In this document: one piece after another, positions 28,806 to 38,779 of the stretch
Numbering within the stretch: position 1 is the first letter of the stretch
Layout of the letters: every line of letters begins with the position of its first letter
Source of the DNA: Chitinophaga pinensis
GTDB lineage: Bacteria; Bacteroidota; Bacteroidia; NS11-12g; UBA9320
DNA: 42,176 nucleotides
Direction of reading: 5' to 3'
Assembly (NCBI GenBank): GCA_945890595.1
Contig: CAMDCQ010000001.1
Span: forward strand, 1 to 42,176
The notes under the pieces: model-generated
Databases searched by the model: none
Seen by the model: only the letters and a program-made list of their open reading frames with translations
What the model was told of the DNA's origin: nothing
Program-made: the position numbers and the translations under genes

Positions 28806-30272
28806 TTATTTTTTGTCCCACCATACTTTGGTGTATATATTTCCCACTTGACCTGGAGCATTATTATTTCTAGAAATTTCAATCTCTGGCACCCATAATC
28901 TTCTTGGCGTTTGACCATTTGGCAAAACAGACGTATATGAAGTAGTACGCTCAAAGAATCCACCTGGAGTACCCTTAGCGTTAGCGCTTAATGGAGGATA
29001 GTTGGTTCTATTCATTTCAAAGAAAGCTTCAAGATTAGAGACATTGGCTAATGCAATCCACTTTTGATTCATGATTTGCCCTATTTCTGTTTCTATTGCT
29101 CCACCTGATACGTATTCGTAAAATCCTCCAGCTCCATATAAGTCACTAGCTCCTGAAAGACCATGCAACGCAAATGAACTCTCAATTCCTGCTTCGTATG
29201 CAGCCTGAGCACCTGCTCCGCCATTATATCTAACTTGTGCTTCTGCTACCAAGAAATCTTTCTCTGTAACTGTCATTAAATACACTGGTGTTAACGCATT
29301 GTATTTAGGAGTAGACAAATCTGTACCTTTTACCACGAGATTATCGTAATCTCCTTGGTCGTTACCTTTATGTCCACTGGCGCTTGGAGTGAATATAGCA
29401 CCTAGTCTAGGATCTGAGAAAGAATCTAGAACCCATAAAAGCGTTCTGCTTGCTCTTTGGTTCACACCTTTAAGAAATTGTACATCAACACCGTACATAG
29501 GGTTTTGTTTACCAGGCTCATTTGCAAACTGCGTCATCTCCGCATTTTCTGTAATGAAATTATCCTCTGTCAAAAGTGCTTGAACTGCCGCTGGATTTGC
29601 CATACTTGTGTATGACATACGCATATACATTTTTAATTTTAGTGTATTAGCAAAACGTACCCATTGGTCCATATCTCCACCATAAATGATATCTCTAGAC
29701 CCGGGATCTTTGCCCATATCTCCATCTTGATAACGAGCTACAGCCTCATCAATTCTTGCTAAAAGAATAGGATAAACATCAGCACCATTATCGAACTTAG
29801 GGTTAATTATCCCATCGCTTACGCCCTTAAACGCTTCCGTAAATGGAATATCATTATACAAATCAGCTAACATTTGCATTGCAAAAGATTGAGTAAGCGT
29901 TGCAATTAAGTAATACGCATTGTCTCCATCTGCAGATGATTTTGTTCTAATGATTTCTAAGTCATTTAAACCACCAGCATAAGCTTCGGTCCACTCACGG
30001 TTATAGAAATCAGTTGTTAAGTTATACGCATCTATTTTCTTGTACTGACTTGCAGTAGGACTTTGCGTATAGTATTGAGCCCAAAAGCCCCCTAGGTTGT
30101 GGAATGAGCCACCAAAAGTTGCCGCGACGCTAGCTTGAGCACCAGGCAAAATAAAATCAACCGAAACATCTTGAGGATTGTTTGGGTCGGTATTTACATC
30201 CAGATAGTCCTTGCATCCAAAGAAAGAAAATGCAAGCATACTTATTAATGTATATTTTAAAATATTATTCAT
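28806..30272 (-). CDS. SusD/RagB-family nutrient-binding outer-membrane lipoprotein
   Basis: Lipobox SFFGC followed by KDYLDVNTDPNNP, the canonical SusD-like N-terminus. 488 aa, 12 nt downstream of the SusC-like gene. Confidence 0.85.
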   Translation of the reverse strand: MNNILKYTLISMLAFSFFGCKDYLDVNTDPNNPQDVSVDFILPGAQASVAATFGGSFHNLGGFWAQYYTQSPTASQYKKIDAYNLTTDFYNREWTEAYAGGLNDLEIIRTKSSADGDNAYYLIATLTQSFAMQMLADLYNDIPFTEAFKGVSDGIINPKFDNGADVYPILLARIDEAVARYQDGDMGKDPGSRDIIYGGDMDQWVRFANTLKLKMYMRMSYTSMANPAAVQALLTEDNFITENAEMTQFANEPGKQNPMYGVDVQFLKGVNQRASRTLLWVLDSFSDPRLGAIFTPSASGHKGNDQGDYDNLVVKGTDLSTPKYNALTPVYLMTVTEKDFLVAEAQVRYNGGAGAQAAYEAGIESSFALHGLSGASDLYGAGGFYEYVSGGAIETEIGQIMNQKWIALANVSNLEAFFEMNRTNYPPLSANAKGTPGGFFERTTSYTSVLPNGQTPRRLWVPEIEISRNNNAPGQVGNIYTKVWWDKK

Positions 30273-30284
30273 TTTTATTATCTA

Positions 30285-33200
30285 TTAAAAGTTAAACTTA
30301 AGTGAAAATCCGTAAGATCTAGTTGTTGGATTTGCCGCAAATTCACCGTATTCTGCTTGGTTACCATTACCAAAAGTAGTTACCTCTGGATCAATAAACT
30401 GATTTTCTGATGGAGTCCATATAAATAGATTTCTACCTATAAGGCTTATCGAAACACCTGCAAATGGCATTTTCTCTAACGATGATTTTGGAAGAGAATA
30501 GGTCAATGCCAACTCTCTAAGTTTAGTGAATGATTTATCAATAACATACTGTGCATCGCGTGCATCGCTAGTATGATATTCGTGTAAATCTGCTGGATCT
30601 ACAGGTGTAGTATTTTCTACATAGCTTTTAGATCCGTCTGCGTTTTCTACTTCTACTACTGAGTTTGGCACAACAAAAGGTTTTCTATCATTAAACGTAG
30701 TCGTAGCTGACTGTCCTGTCCAAGATAGTAAGCTTGCTGTGTGTGTATACATTAAACCACCTTTTCTAATATCAAATAAAACACCTAGACTAAATTGTTT
30801 GTAGCTAAAGTTATTCTTGATACCCATTATGTAATTTCTTTGAGAATTGCCATACGTAACTTTTTCAGCTCCTGTAATAGGAAGGCCTTGCGTATTTACA
30901 ACAATTGCTCCATCTGGAGAATATTGATAGGTAGAACCTTCATATACACCGATAGGCTGACCTAACATAGCATAGTATCCGATAGTACTTAATCCACCTA
31001 AGCTCACTCTGTCAACAGCGTCATCTAAATCTGTTACTTGGTTTCTATTTCGTGTAAAGTTTACAGAAGGAGTCCAGTTAAATCCATTCTCATTTTTAAT
31101 AACTCGGTAAGAGATTAATGCTTCTACACCTTTATTTTCAACAGTTGCCGCGTTAGCCCAATAGTACCCACTGCCGCTACCTGGTGAAACAGGCACTTGC
31201 AAAATTTGACCTTTAGTAACACGGTTGTAGTATGTAAGTTCAACATTCATTCTCGCATCTAATAGTTTTAAATCTGTACCTATTTCAATCTCAGTTGTAA
31301 TCTCTGGTCTCAAATCTGGATTTTTAATTAGATTTCCTGCTGTAAATGCGTTAGTACCACCTGCTAGTGGGAACGTCATATCTTGGAATGGAAGGCTTAT
31401 GCCTGTTTGCGTATAGATAGAATTAACTACATATATCGGTGCATCGTTACCTGTATTACCTAACCCTACTCTTAACTTACCAAAATCTAACCATGAAGGT
31501 TTACTTGATATTGCATCTGTAAACACAAAACTTAAGTTAGCTGCTGGATAGAAAATAGCATTGTTCTCTGCAGGAAGTGTTGAAGACCAATCATTTCTTG
31601 CACTTAAGTTTAAGAATAACATATTCTTATAGGCTGCTGAGGCAACTCCATAAACACCAAAAAGTCTTCTTAATTGATCATTTCTTTCAACAGTAGGAGT
31701 AGCTGGACTGTTAGAAAGGTTATAGAAACCTTCAATATCTAAAGCCGCAACGCTTGATGACAAACTAGATGAACCTCTTTCATTCAAGTTAGCACCTGCC
31801 ACTACGTCTACCGATAGTAAAGGATTAATTTCCTTATTCCATAGTAAGTTAAAATCGTGGTTATATTGTTTTCTGGCGATAGTTTGTTCCGTAACAGAAC
31901 CTAGGTTATTAACCGTTGAATTAGGACCCGTAGGTTGCAATATTGCTTCATACGTGCTAATGTCATTGTTTTCAATGTCATATCCAAAACGGTACACACC
32001 TTTTAGGTTTGTTGCTAAATCAACTTTAGTCTCTACACTACCAAAGAACTTAGTCGCATCATATTCATTACCATTTTCATATAAAGCCCAATATGGGTTT
32101 GTAGTCCCGTAAGGAGTAAAATAATCGTTGATACTATAAAATTTGTCGCGATAGTTTTGCATATCGATTACTGACATATTTCTAGGAATATCTAATATGT
32201 TTCGGTAGATATTATTTTCTTGTTGGCCTGACAACACAAATTGGCTATTGGTATTAGACATGTTTGCAGATGCAGACATCGACACTTTCCCAAAGTTTTG
32301 ACTTCCTCTGAAAGCCAATGTATTTCGGTCATAACGATCCTCATCGGTAGGGATAATACCATCTTGCTTTACATTGGAATACGACGCGTAAAAGCTACTT
32401 TTCTCACTGCCTCCGTTTATACCAACATGTGTTTTGTAGTTAGTGCCTCTTTCAAAAAAGTCTCTAACGTTATTTTCCAATGCAGAATATGGAGCAAGTA
32501 ACTGAGAGTTATCTACTTCACGACCGATTACGCGAGACTTCCCGTCAAAAGTAGGACCCCATGAACCATTTTCATCTAAAGCGTGAGTCGCACTCCAACC
32601 TTGTCCGTATGAGTTTTGAAAAGTAGGCAGTTTTAAAACGCTACTATACGTAGCATCAAAACCAAGGTCAATACCTATAGCTTTTTTACCATTTGCATTG
32701 GTAGAACCTTTTTTAGTAGTAATTAAAATTACACCATTTGCAGCACGAGATCCATAAAGCGCAGATGCAGAAGATCCCTTAAGAACTTGTACACTTTCAA
32801 TATCTTCAGGATTTACAGCATTTAAACCGTTACCAAAGTCAAAACCACCATTTAAAGAGGTATTATTCGTTGAACTGTTAGTCATCGGTACACCGTCAAT
32901 GATGATAAGCGGTTGATTGTCTTGAGAAATAGACTGAATACCTCTAATCACAATTCGAGTAGAAGCACCAGGATTACTTCCTGCTGAGTTAATATCAACA
33001 CCCGCCATTTTACCCTGCATTCCATTCAATACTGAACGATCACCTCCTTCGGTGATGTCCTTAGTAGTGACAGAAGACATTGCATAACCAATACTACGCG
33101 TGCTACGCTTAATATTTTGTGCAGACACAATAACTTCGTTAAGCGCATCTTCACCAGCTTCCATCTTCACGGTAACACTGTTCGAAGCACCAACAGTAAC

Positions 33201-33452
33201 CTCTTGATCTGCCATGCCGATAAAACTGACTTGGAGTACAGGCGCAGCTGTGGTTGTTTTGATACTGAAACGACCATCAGTGCCAGATATGGCACCATTA
33301 GACGTTCCTTTTTCCTTAATCACGGCCCCAGTAACAGGCTGTGATTTTGAATCCGTTACCATCCCGGTAACAGATCGCGTTTGAGCGTGTGCTACAACTG
33401 CAAAAAGCAGCAACGCACAAACCCCTAGAAATTTGATTAATTGTTTCTTCAT
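30285..33452 (-). CDS. SusC/RagA-family TonB-dependent outer-membrane transporter
   Basis: Signal peptide MKKQLIKFLGVCALLLFAVVAHAQ. CarboxypepD_reg-like domain (VTGMVTDSKSQPVTGAVIKEKGTSNGAISGTDGRFSI), plug region (NEVIVSAQNIKRSTRSIGYAMSSV) and C-terminal aromatic ...SLKFNF. Start placed at ATG 33452; the tracked 25-aa extension from 33527 is not protein-like. Confidence 0.9.
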   Translation of the reverse strand: MKKQLIKFLGVCALLLFAVVAHAQTRSVTGMVTDSKSQPVTGAVIKEKGTSNGAISGTDGRFSIKTTTAAPVLQVSFIGMADQEVTVGASNSVTVKMEAGEDALNEVIVSAQNIKRSTRSIGYAMSSVTTKDITEGGDRSVLNGMQGKMAGVDINSAGSNPGASTRIVIRGIQSISQDNQPLIIIDGVPMTNSSTNNTSLNGGFDFGNGLNAVNPEDIESVQVLKGSSASALYGSRAANGVILITTKKGSTNANGKKAIGIDLGFDATYSSVLKLPTFQNSYGQGWSATHALDENGSWGPTFDGKSRVIGREVDNSQLLAPYSALENNVRDFFERGTNYKTHVGINGGSEKSSFYASYSNVKQDGIIPTDEDRYDRNTLAFRGSQNFGKVSMSASANMSNTNSQFVLSGQQENNIYRNILDIPRNMSVIDMQNYRDKFYSINDYFTPYGTTNPYWALYENGNEYDATKFFGSVETKVDLATNLKGVYRFGYDIENNDISTYEAILQPTGPNSTVNNLGSVTEQTIARKQYNHDFNLLWNKEINPLLSVDVVAGANLNERGSSSLSSSVAALDIEGFYNLSNSPATPTVERNDQLRRLFGVYGVASAAYKNMLFLNLSARNDWSSTLPAENNAIFYPAANLSFVFTDAISSKPSWLDFGKLRVGLGNTGNDAPIYVVNSIYTQTGISLPFQDMTFPLAGGTNAFTAGNLIKNPDLRPEITTEIEIGTDLKLLDARMNVELTYYNRVTKGQILQVPVSPGSGSGYYWANAATVENKGVEALISYRVIKNENGFNWTPSVNFTRNRNQVTDLDDAVDRVSLGGLSTIGYYAMLGQPIGVYEGSTYQYSPDGAIVVNTQGLPITGAEKVTYGNSQRNYIMGIKNNFSYKQFSLGVLFDIRKGGLMYTHTASLLSWTGQSATTTFNDRKPFVVPNSVVEVENADGSKSYVENTTPVDPADLHEYHTSDARDAQYVIDKSFTKLRELALTYSLPKSSLEKMPFAGVSISLIGRNLFIWTPSENQFIDPEVTTFGNGNQAEYGEFAANPTTRSYGFSLKFNF

Positions 33453-33682
33453 AAACTTAGCTTTTAGAAAAATAAAGACGCAATATATAATAACATTTTC
33501 ATAATATACAAGTAATTTAAAATTCATTAAACTGATACAATCAATAATAGGACTTGCCGAGCTAAAAAAAGTGTGATTGTATTAGATGGAACGGATATTT
33601 ACGTTTAATTGTTAAGAAGTGGAAAACAACACCACTTAATAGCGTAAACTTGTATCTTCGTCTTTATCTTTGTCCGCAGTAA

Positions 33683-34321
33683 ATGGATTTAACATACAAC
33701 ACGCAACAAGAACAAATAAAGCTAACAGAGTACGGCCGGGGCGTGCAAGAAATGGTTGCACACCTTATGCTGGAGAAAGACCGCGATAAACGAAATGTGC
33801 TAGCCCATACCGTTTTCAGAGTAATGGTTAACCTTAATCCAGAACTAAAAAACCAAACAAACTACGAAAAGACTGTTTGGGACCACATGCACGAGATTGC
33901 CAACTATGAGCTCGATATAGATAATGACTTTCCTACCCCTCAGCCAGCTGCCAAAGCAGTAAAACCAGAACATCTTGGGTATAAAGACGTATTGAGTAAA
34001 TACAGATATTATGGTCGTAATCTCATTGATATGATTGACGGAGCTAAAGATATGGAAGAAGGAGACTTGAAAAAAATGTACATTAATTACATCGCTTCTT
34101 TCATGGTTAATTCATCCAAAGCTTGGAATGAAGAAGACCTAACCCCTACTCAAGTTATTCAACATTTGGCAGATCTTTCCAATGGCATGTTGCAAATAAG
34201 TGCAGACTCACTTGATATACACCTTGAAACTATTGTTAAAAAACCGTTGTATCCTAACAATAGAAACAAGAATAATAAAAATAAAAAGAAACCTTTCAAC
34301 CCTAAATACAAGAAAAGATAA
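33683..34321 (+). CDS. DUF4290-like protein (conserved murA-upstream gene of Bacteroidota)
   Basis: 212 aa reading MDLTYNTQQEQIKLTEYGRGVQEMV..., with a very basic tail NRNKNNKNKKKPFNPKYKKR. Its stop is immediately followed by the murA ATG (TAAATG). Confidence 0.6.
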   Translation: MDLTYNTQQEQIKLTEYGRGVQEMVAHLMLEKDRDKRNVLAHTVFRVMVNLNPELKNQTNYEKTVWDHMHEIANYELDIDNDFPTPQPAAKAVKPEHLGYKDVLSKYRYYGRNLIDMIDGAKDMEEGDLKKMYINYIASFMVNSSKAWNEEDLTPTQVIQHLADLSNGMLQISADSLDIHLETIVKKPLYPNNRNKNNKNKKKPFNPKYKKR

Positions 34322-35626
34322 ATGGGAACTTTTACCATAGAAGGTGGCCACAAACTTAAAGGTACACTTACTCCTCAAGGAGCTAAAAATGAAGCATTAC
34401 AAATACTAGCCGCAGTATTATTAACTGCCGATGAAGTAGAACTGTACAATGTTCCTGAAATTAGAGATATACTCAGAATGATTGAGCTTCTCCAAGGTTT
34501 TGGTGTAAAAGTAGAGCACAAGGCAAAAGGAAATTGGGTATTTAAAGCCGACGAAATAGATTTGGATTATTTTCACACGGAAGAATTCAGAACAAAAGGA
34601 GCTGCTATACGAGGTTCTATAATGATCATTGGGCCTTTATTAGCTCGTTTTGGTATCGGTTACATCCCTAGCCCAGGTGGTGATAAAATAGGCAGAAGAA
34701 GGCTAGACACTCACTTTATAGGTTTTGAAAGCCTTGGTGCTGAATTTATCTATAACAAAGATACTGGTTTCTATAAAGTGGAAGGTAAAAATCTGCGTGG
34801 TAGCTATATGCTACTAGAAGAGGCTTCGGTAACGGGCACCGCCAATATTCTGATGGCCGCTGTAATGGCTAAAGGCACCACCACCATTTATAATGCTGCT
34901 TGCGAACCCTACTTACAACAATTATGTAAGATGATAAATTCTATGGGAGGCAAAATAGCTGGTGTAGGAAGTAACTTGTTGGTGATTGAAGGCGTCAACG
35001 AACTCGCAGGATGTACGCATACTATACTCCCAGACATGATTGAGATAGGTTCTTTTATTAGTTTGGCAGCATTAACTCAATCGGAAATAACCATTGAAAA
35101 ATGCAGAGTGGATCAGTTAGGCATAATCCCTAAAGTATTCAAAAAACTTGGCGTTCAATTCATTATCAAAGACGACGATATTATAATACCTGAAAATAAA
35201 CATTATGAAATAGATAGTTTTATTGACGGAAGCATGATGACTATCTCTGATGCAACGTGGCCTGGTTTGTCACCAGATTTACTCAGTGTAATACTTGTAA
35301 TGTGCACACAAGCCAAAGGGAACGTTCTCATACACCAAAAAATGTTTGAGAGTCGCTTATTTTTTGTAGATAATCTAATTGACATGGGAGCGCAAATAAT
35401 ATTATGTGACCCGCATAGAGCAACTGTAATGGGACTAGACAGGAGGATTCCCTTAAAAGCAACTACAATGTCTTCTCCAGATATTAGAGCTGGAGTTTCC
35501 TTACTTATCGCAGCAATGAGCGCAGAAGGTAAAAGTACTATTCACAATATTGAGCAAATAGACCGAGGTTATCAAGATATTGAAACCCGTTTAAACGCAA
35601 TTGGAGCAAGAATTACAAGATCTTAA
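34322..35626 (+). CDS. murA: UDP-N-acetylglucosamine 1-carboxyvinyltransferase
   Basis: 434 aa. GAKNEALQILAA and the active-site loop PSPGGDKIGRRRLDTH align with E. coli LPGGCAIGARPVDLH. Asp replaces the catalytic Cys. Confidence 0.95.
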   Translation: MGTFTIEGGHKLKGTLTPQGAKNEALQILAAVLLTADEVELYNVPEIRDILRMIELLQGFGVKVEHKAKGNWVFKADEIDLDYFHTEEFRTKGAAIRGSIMIIGPLLARFGIGYIPSPGGDKIGRRRLDTHFIGFESLGAEFIYNKDTGFYKVEGKNLRGSYMLLEEASVTGTANILMAAVMAKGTTTIYNAACEPYLQQLCKMINSMGGKIAGVGSNLLVIEGVNELAGCTHTILPDMIEIGSFISLAALTQSEITIEKCRVDQLGIIPKVFKKLGVQFIIKDDDIIIPENKHYEIDSFIDGSMMTISDATWPGLSPDLLSVILVMCTQAKGNVLIHQKMFESRLFFVDNLIDMGAQIILCDPHRATVMGLDRRIPLKATTMSSPDIRAGVSLLIAAMSAEGKSTIHNIEQIDRGYQDIETRLNAIGARITRS

Positions 35627-35628
35627 AA

Positions 35629-36153
35629 ATGAAAAACCTAAATGCTTTTGGTATTACTTTACTTTTGGTGATAATCACTGCATTTAAATCAAACGTTACC
35701 GTTATTCATCCCGCTATTGGAGAGAAAGCACCAGAGATTGAACTTAAAAACGGCGAAGGAAAAATAACCAAATTAAGCAGCTTGAAGGGCAAAGTAGTCC
35801 TCATTGATTTTTGGGCAAGTTGGTGCAACCCGTGCCGCATCGAAAATCAACATATACGTAAGGCTTATGCTCAATATAAAGACGCCAACTTTAAAATAGG
35901 GAAGGGATTTGAAGTGTACAGTATAAGCCTAGATTCCGACTCTTCCATTTGGCAAAAGGCTATCAAAAACGATAGAATGAATTGGGATGCCCACGTGTCC
36001 GATTTCAAAAAATGGGACAGTCCGATTGTAGAATTGTACAATTTTCGTTTTTTGCCACATAATTTACTCGTTGACTGCGCCGGAACCATTGTAGCTAAAA
36101 ACATAATGGGACACGATCTTGAAAAAACGCTTACCGCATACTTGGCAGAATAA
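35629..36153 (+). CDS. TlpA/ResA-like thioredoxin-fold thiol-disulfide oxidoreductase (exported)
   Basis: N-terminal hydrophobic anchor and a WASWCNPC CxxC motif. 174 aa. Confidence 0.8.
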   Translation: MKNLNAFGITLLLVIITAFKSNVTVIHPAIGEKAPEIELKNGEGKITKLSSLKGKVVLIDFWASWCNPCRIENQHIRKAYAQYKDANFKIGKGFEVYSISLDSDSSIWQKAIKNDRMNWDAHVSDFKKWDSPIVELYNFRFLPHNLLVDCAGTIVAKNIMGHDLEKTLTAYLAE

Positions 36154-36225
36154 TTGGTGTCAATATGACACAATAGGGCGTGGCAATACTTTTGCAAACT
36201 CGTACTGCGTATTAGCACATTTACA

Positions 36226-36765
36226 ATGATGTCAGAAGAGAACAAAGAGCAAGAAGAGATAGTAGAAAACTCTACTGAAGAAACAACACAAGCGTCTGAA
36301 AATGATAGTGTTGAAACCAAAGAGCCAACACCCGAGGAGAAAATTATTGAGCTTAATGATAAATATTTAAGACTTTATTCAGAGTTTGATAATTACCGAA
36401 AACGTACCTCAAAAGAACGTATTGAATTATTTAAAACTGCTGGACAGGATATTATGACAGACCTGGTTCCTATCATGGATGATTTTGAACGTGCCCTACA
36501 AAATATGGACAAAAAGGGAGATGTTAAAACGATTCGTCAAGGTGTCGATTTGGTCTTTAATAAATTTAAAAGTACCCTAGAATCTAAGGGACTCAAATCC
36601 TTCAAATCGATAGATCAAGATTTTGATCCAGAAATACATGAAGCCATTACCCGTATACCCGCACCCAATAAAAAACAAATTGGAAAGGTAGTGGATGAAG
36701 TTGAAAAAGGCTACATGCTGAATGAAAAAGTAATTAGATACGCTAAAGTAGTAGTGGGACAATAA
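36226..36765 (+). CDS. grpE: Nucleotide exchange factor GrpE
   Basis: Acidic N-terminus, then [22 protein letters not shown] and C-terminal H.A....P...GKVV.EV.KGY, the GrpE signature. Its stop overlaps the dnaJ ATG (TAATG). Confidence 0.95.
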   Translation: MMSEENKEQEEIVENSTEETTQASENDSVETKEPTPEEKIIELNDKYLRLYSEFDNYRKRTSKERIELFKTAGQDIMTDLVPIMDDFERALQNMDKKGDVKTIRQGVDLVFNKFKSTLESKGLKSFKSIDQDFDPEIHEAITRIPAPNKKQIGKVVDEVEKGYMLNEKVIRYAKVVVGQ

Positions 36766-37889
36766 TGGCTAAAAGAGATTTTTACGACATACTAGGAGTA
36801 ACCAAAAGTGCGAGTGCTGAAGAAATAAAAAAGGCATATCGTAAAAAAGCAATTCAATTTCACCCAGACAAAAACCCGGGTGATAAAGCGGCCGAAGATA
36901 AATTCAAAGAAGCTGCCGAAGCTTATGAAATACTAAGTAACGCTGACAAAAAACAACGTTACGACCAATATGGACATGCTGGAGTAGACGGTCAAGGTGG
37001 CTTTGGCGGAGGAGGCATGAACATGGATGATATTTTTAGTCATTTTGGAGATGTTTTTGGTGGTCGTGGCGGCAGTCCATTTGAAAGCTTTTTTGGCGGT
37101 GGCGGAGGTGGAAGAAGCAGCGGCAGACAAGCTGTTGGTTCTAACATTCGTATAAAGTTAAAACTAAGTTTAGAAGACGTTACCAGTGGCGTAGAAAAGA
37201 AAATAAAGTACAAAAAGAAGGTTGTTGCCAAAGGTGTGACATTTGACAATTGCGCTACTTGTGGTGGTCGCGGTCAGGTAACTCGTGTTCAAAACACCTT
37301 CTTAGGTCAAATGCAGACCGCAAGCCCCTGCCCTACGTGTAGAGGGATGGGTAAAAAGATAAAAAATGTTCCTGCCGGCGCAGATGCAATGGGTTTAATA
37401 ACCGAAGAAGTTACCACATCTATTCAAATTCCTGCAGGAGTGGCAGACGGCATGCAACTCAATGTGCAAGGTCGTGGTAATGAAATGCCAGGAGGTGTAG
37501 CAGGCGACCTCATCGTATTGGTAGAAGAAGCAAAACACGAGAGTCTTGAGCGAGATGGAAATAATATTGTTTATAACCTCCATATTAGCTTCCCGCAAGC
37601 AGTTTTAGGTGCCGATGTAGAAGTACCAACCGTAAGTGGTAAAGCGCGTATTAAAATTGAACCAGGAACAGCAAGTGGAAAAGTACTCAGATTACGTGGC
37701 AAAGGAATACCTGACGTCAATGGTTATGCAACCGGCGATCAGCTTATTTACGTAGATGTTTTCACCCCTAAAAAACTAAGTAATGACGAAAAAGCCATGA
37801 TGAAACAGCTGCTTGAATCAGAGAATTTTATCCCTGACCCAAGCAAAGAGCGCGGCTTTTTTGACAAAATGAAGGATATCTTTAATTAG
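36765..37889 (+). CDS. dnaJ: Molecular chaperone DnaJ
   Basis: J domain with HPDKNPGD, a G/F-rich linker, a Cys-rich region (only two CxxCxGxG repeats) and C-terminal substrate-binding domains. Confidence 0.97.
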   Translation: MAKRDFYDILGVTKSASAEEIKKAYRKKAIQFHPDKNPGDKAAEDKFKEAAEAYEILSNADKKQRYDQYGHAGVDGQGGFGGGGMNMDDIFSHFGDVFGGRGGSPFESFFGGGGGGRSSGRQAVGSNIRIKLKLSLEDVTSGVEKKIKYKKKVVAKGVTFDNCATCGGRGQVTRVQNTFLGQMQTASPCPTCRGMGKKIKNVPAGADAMGLITEEVTTSIQIPAGVADGMQLNVQGRGNEMPGGVAGDLIVLVEEAKHESLERDGNNIVYNLHISFPQAVLGADVEVPTVSGKARIKIEPGTASGKVLRLRGKGIPDVNGYATGDQLIYVDVFTPKKLSNDEKAMMKQLLESENFIPDPSKERGFFDKMKDIFN

Positions 37890-37910
37890 AGTCTACTTTT
37901 AAATGCACCT

Positions 37911-37942
37911 AAAAATCACATTCACCAATGTGATTTTTTTTT
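37911..37942 (+). terminator. Intrinsic terminator of grpE-dnaJ
   Basis: AAAAATCACATT-cacc-AATGTGATTTTT hairpin running into a T-run of about 9, 22 nt after the dnaJ stop. Confidence 0.8.
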
Positions 37943-37972
37943 CCTGTTATTTAACGGAACTTTGCCGTATTC

Positions 37973-38779
37973 ATGCTTACTACAGAATCATCTAGCCGTC
38001 ACAACGATTTAGATCAAAAATCAACCTTGGAACTTCTTCAAGGGATGAATCAAGAAGACAAAACGGTTCCATTAGCCATTGAGCAAGAATTGGCTAGCAT
38101 ACAAGCATTGATAGACGCAGCGTATGTTAAAATGCTGAATGGCGGCAGATTATTTTATTTGGGCAGTGGCACAAGCGGCCGGCTAGGTATAGTAGATGCA
38201 AGTGAGTGCCCTCCAACATACGGAGTGCCTCAAGGACTCGTAATTGGCATTATTGCCGGAGGCGATCCTGCTATAAGACAAGCAGTAGAAAATGCGGAGG
38301 ACGATCCGCTCCAAGGCTGGTATGACTTACAAACCCATTCCATTAGTAAACGTGATTTTGTAATAGGTATAAGTGCCAGTGGCGGAGCTCCTTACGTGAC
38401 AGGAGCATTGGAGCAATGTGTGGCTAACAGCGTTTCTTGCGGCGCAATAGCGTGTAACACAGACAGCAAAATAGGCCAAATCGCAGATTATAAAATAGAA
38501 GCAGTTGTAGGCCCTGAATTTGTCACCGGAAGTACACGCATGAAAAGTGGTACTGCCCAAAAGCTAATACTAAACATGATAAGCACCAGCCTAATGATCA
38601 AGCTTGGTCACGTACAAGGCAACAGTATGGTCGATATGCAGCTGAGCAACAAGAAACTTGTACTGCGAGGTACTCGAATGATAATGGAGCAAACCGGGTT
38701 AGATGATTTTACTGCACAGGAGCTTCTCTTAAAACATGGAAGTGTAAGAAAAGCAGTAGAAGCCGCAGAAAATTGGTAG
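37973..38779 (+). CDS. murQ: N-acetylmuramic acid 6-phosphate etherase
   Basis: SIS domain GSGTSGRLGIVDASECPPTYG and ...GSTRMKSGTAQKLILNMIST, the typical MurQ signature. 268 aa. Confidence 0.9.
   Translation: MLTTESSSRHNDLDQKSTLELLQGMNQEDKTVPLAIEQELASIQALIDAAYVKMLNGGRLFYLGSGTSGRLGIVDASECPPTYGVPQGLVIGIIAGGDPAIRQAVENAEDDPLQGWYDLQTHSISKRDFVIGISASGGAPYVTGALEQCVANSVSCGAIACNTDSKIGQIADYKIEAVVGPEFVTGSTRMKSGTAQKLILNMISTSLMIKLGHVQGNSMVDMQLSNKKLVLRGTRMIMEQTGLDDFTAQELLLKHGSVRKAVEAAENW

Noticed and set aside
33453-33527. 25-aa extension of the SusC-like ORF (MNFKLLVYYENVIIYCVFIFLKAKF)
   Set aside because: The internal ATG at 33452 is followed by a textbook signal peptide ending AHAQ. The extension is AT-rich promoter-like sequence.
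36212-36218. TTAGCAC upstream of grpE, reminiscent of a CIRCE (HrcA operator) half-site
   Set aside because: CIRCE requires TTAGCACTC-N9-GAGTGCTAA. No inverted partner is present within 30 nt, so this is not a CIRCE element.
35871-36320. 149-aa minus-strand ORF spanning the tlpA 3' end, the intergenic gap and the grpE 5' end
   Set aside because: It is antisense to two well-supported genes. It has an odd Ser/Cys/Phe-rich composition and no motif or signal.
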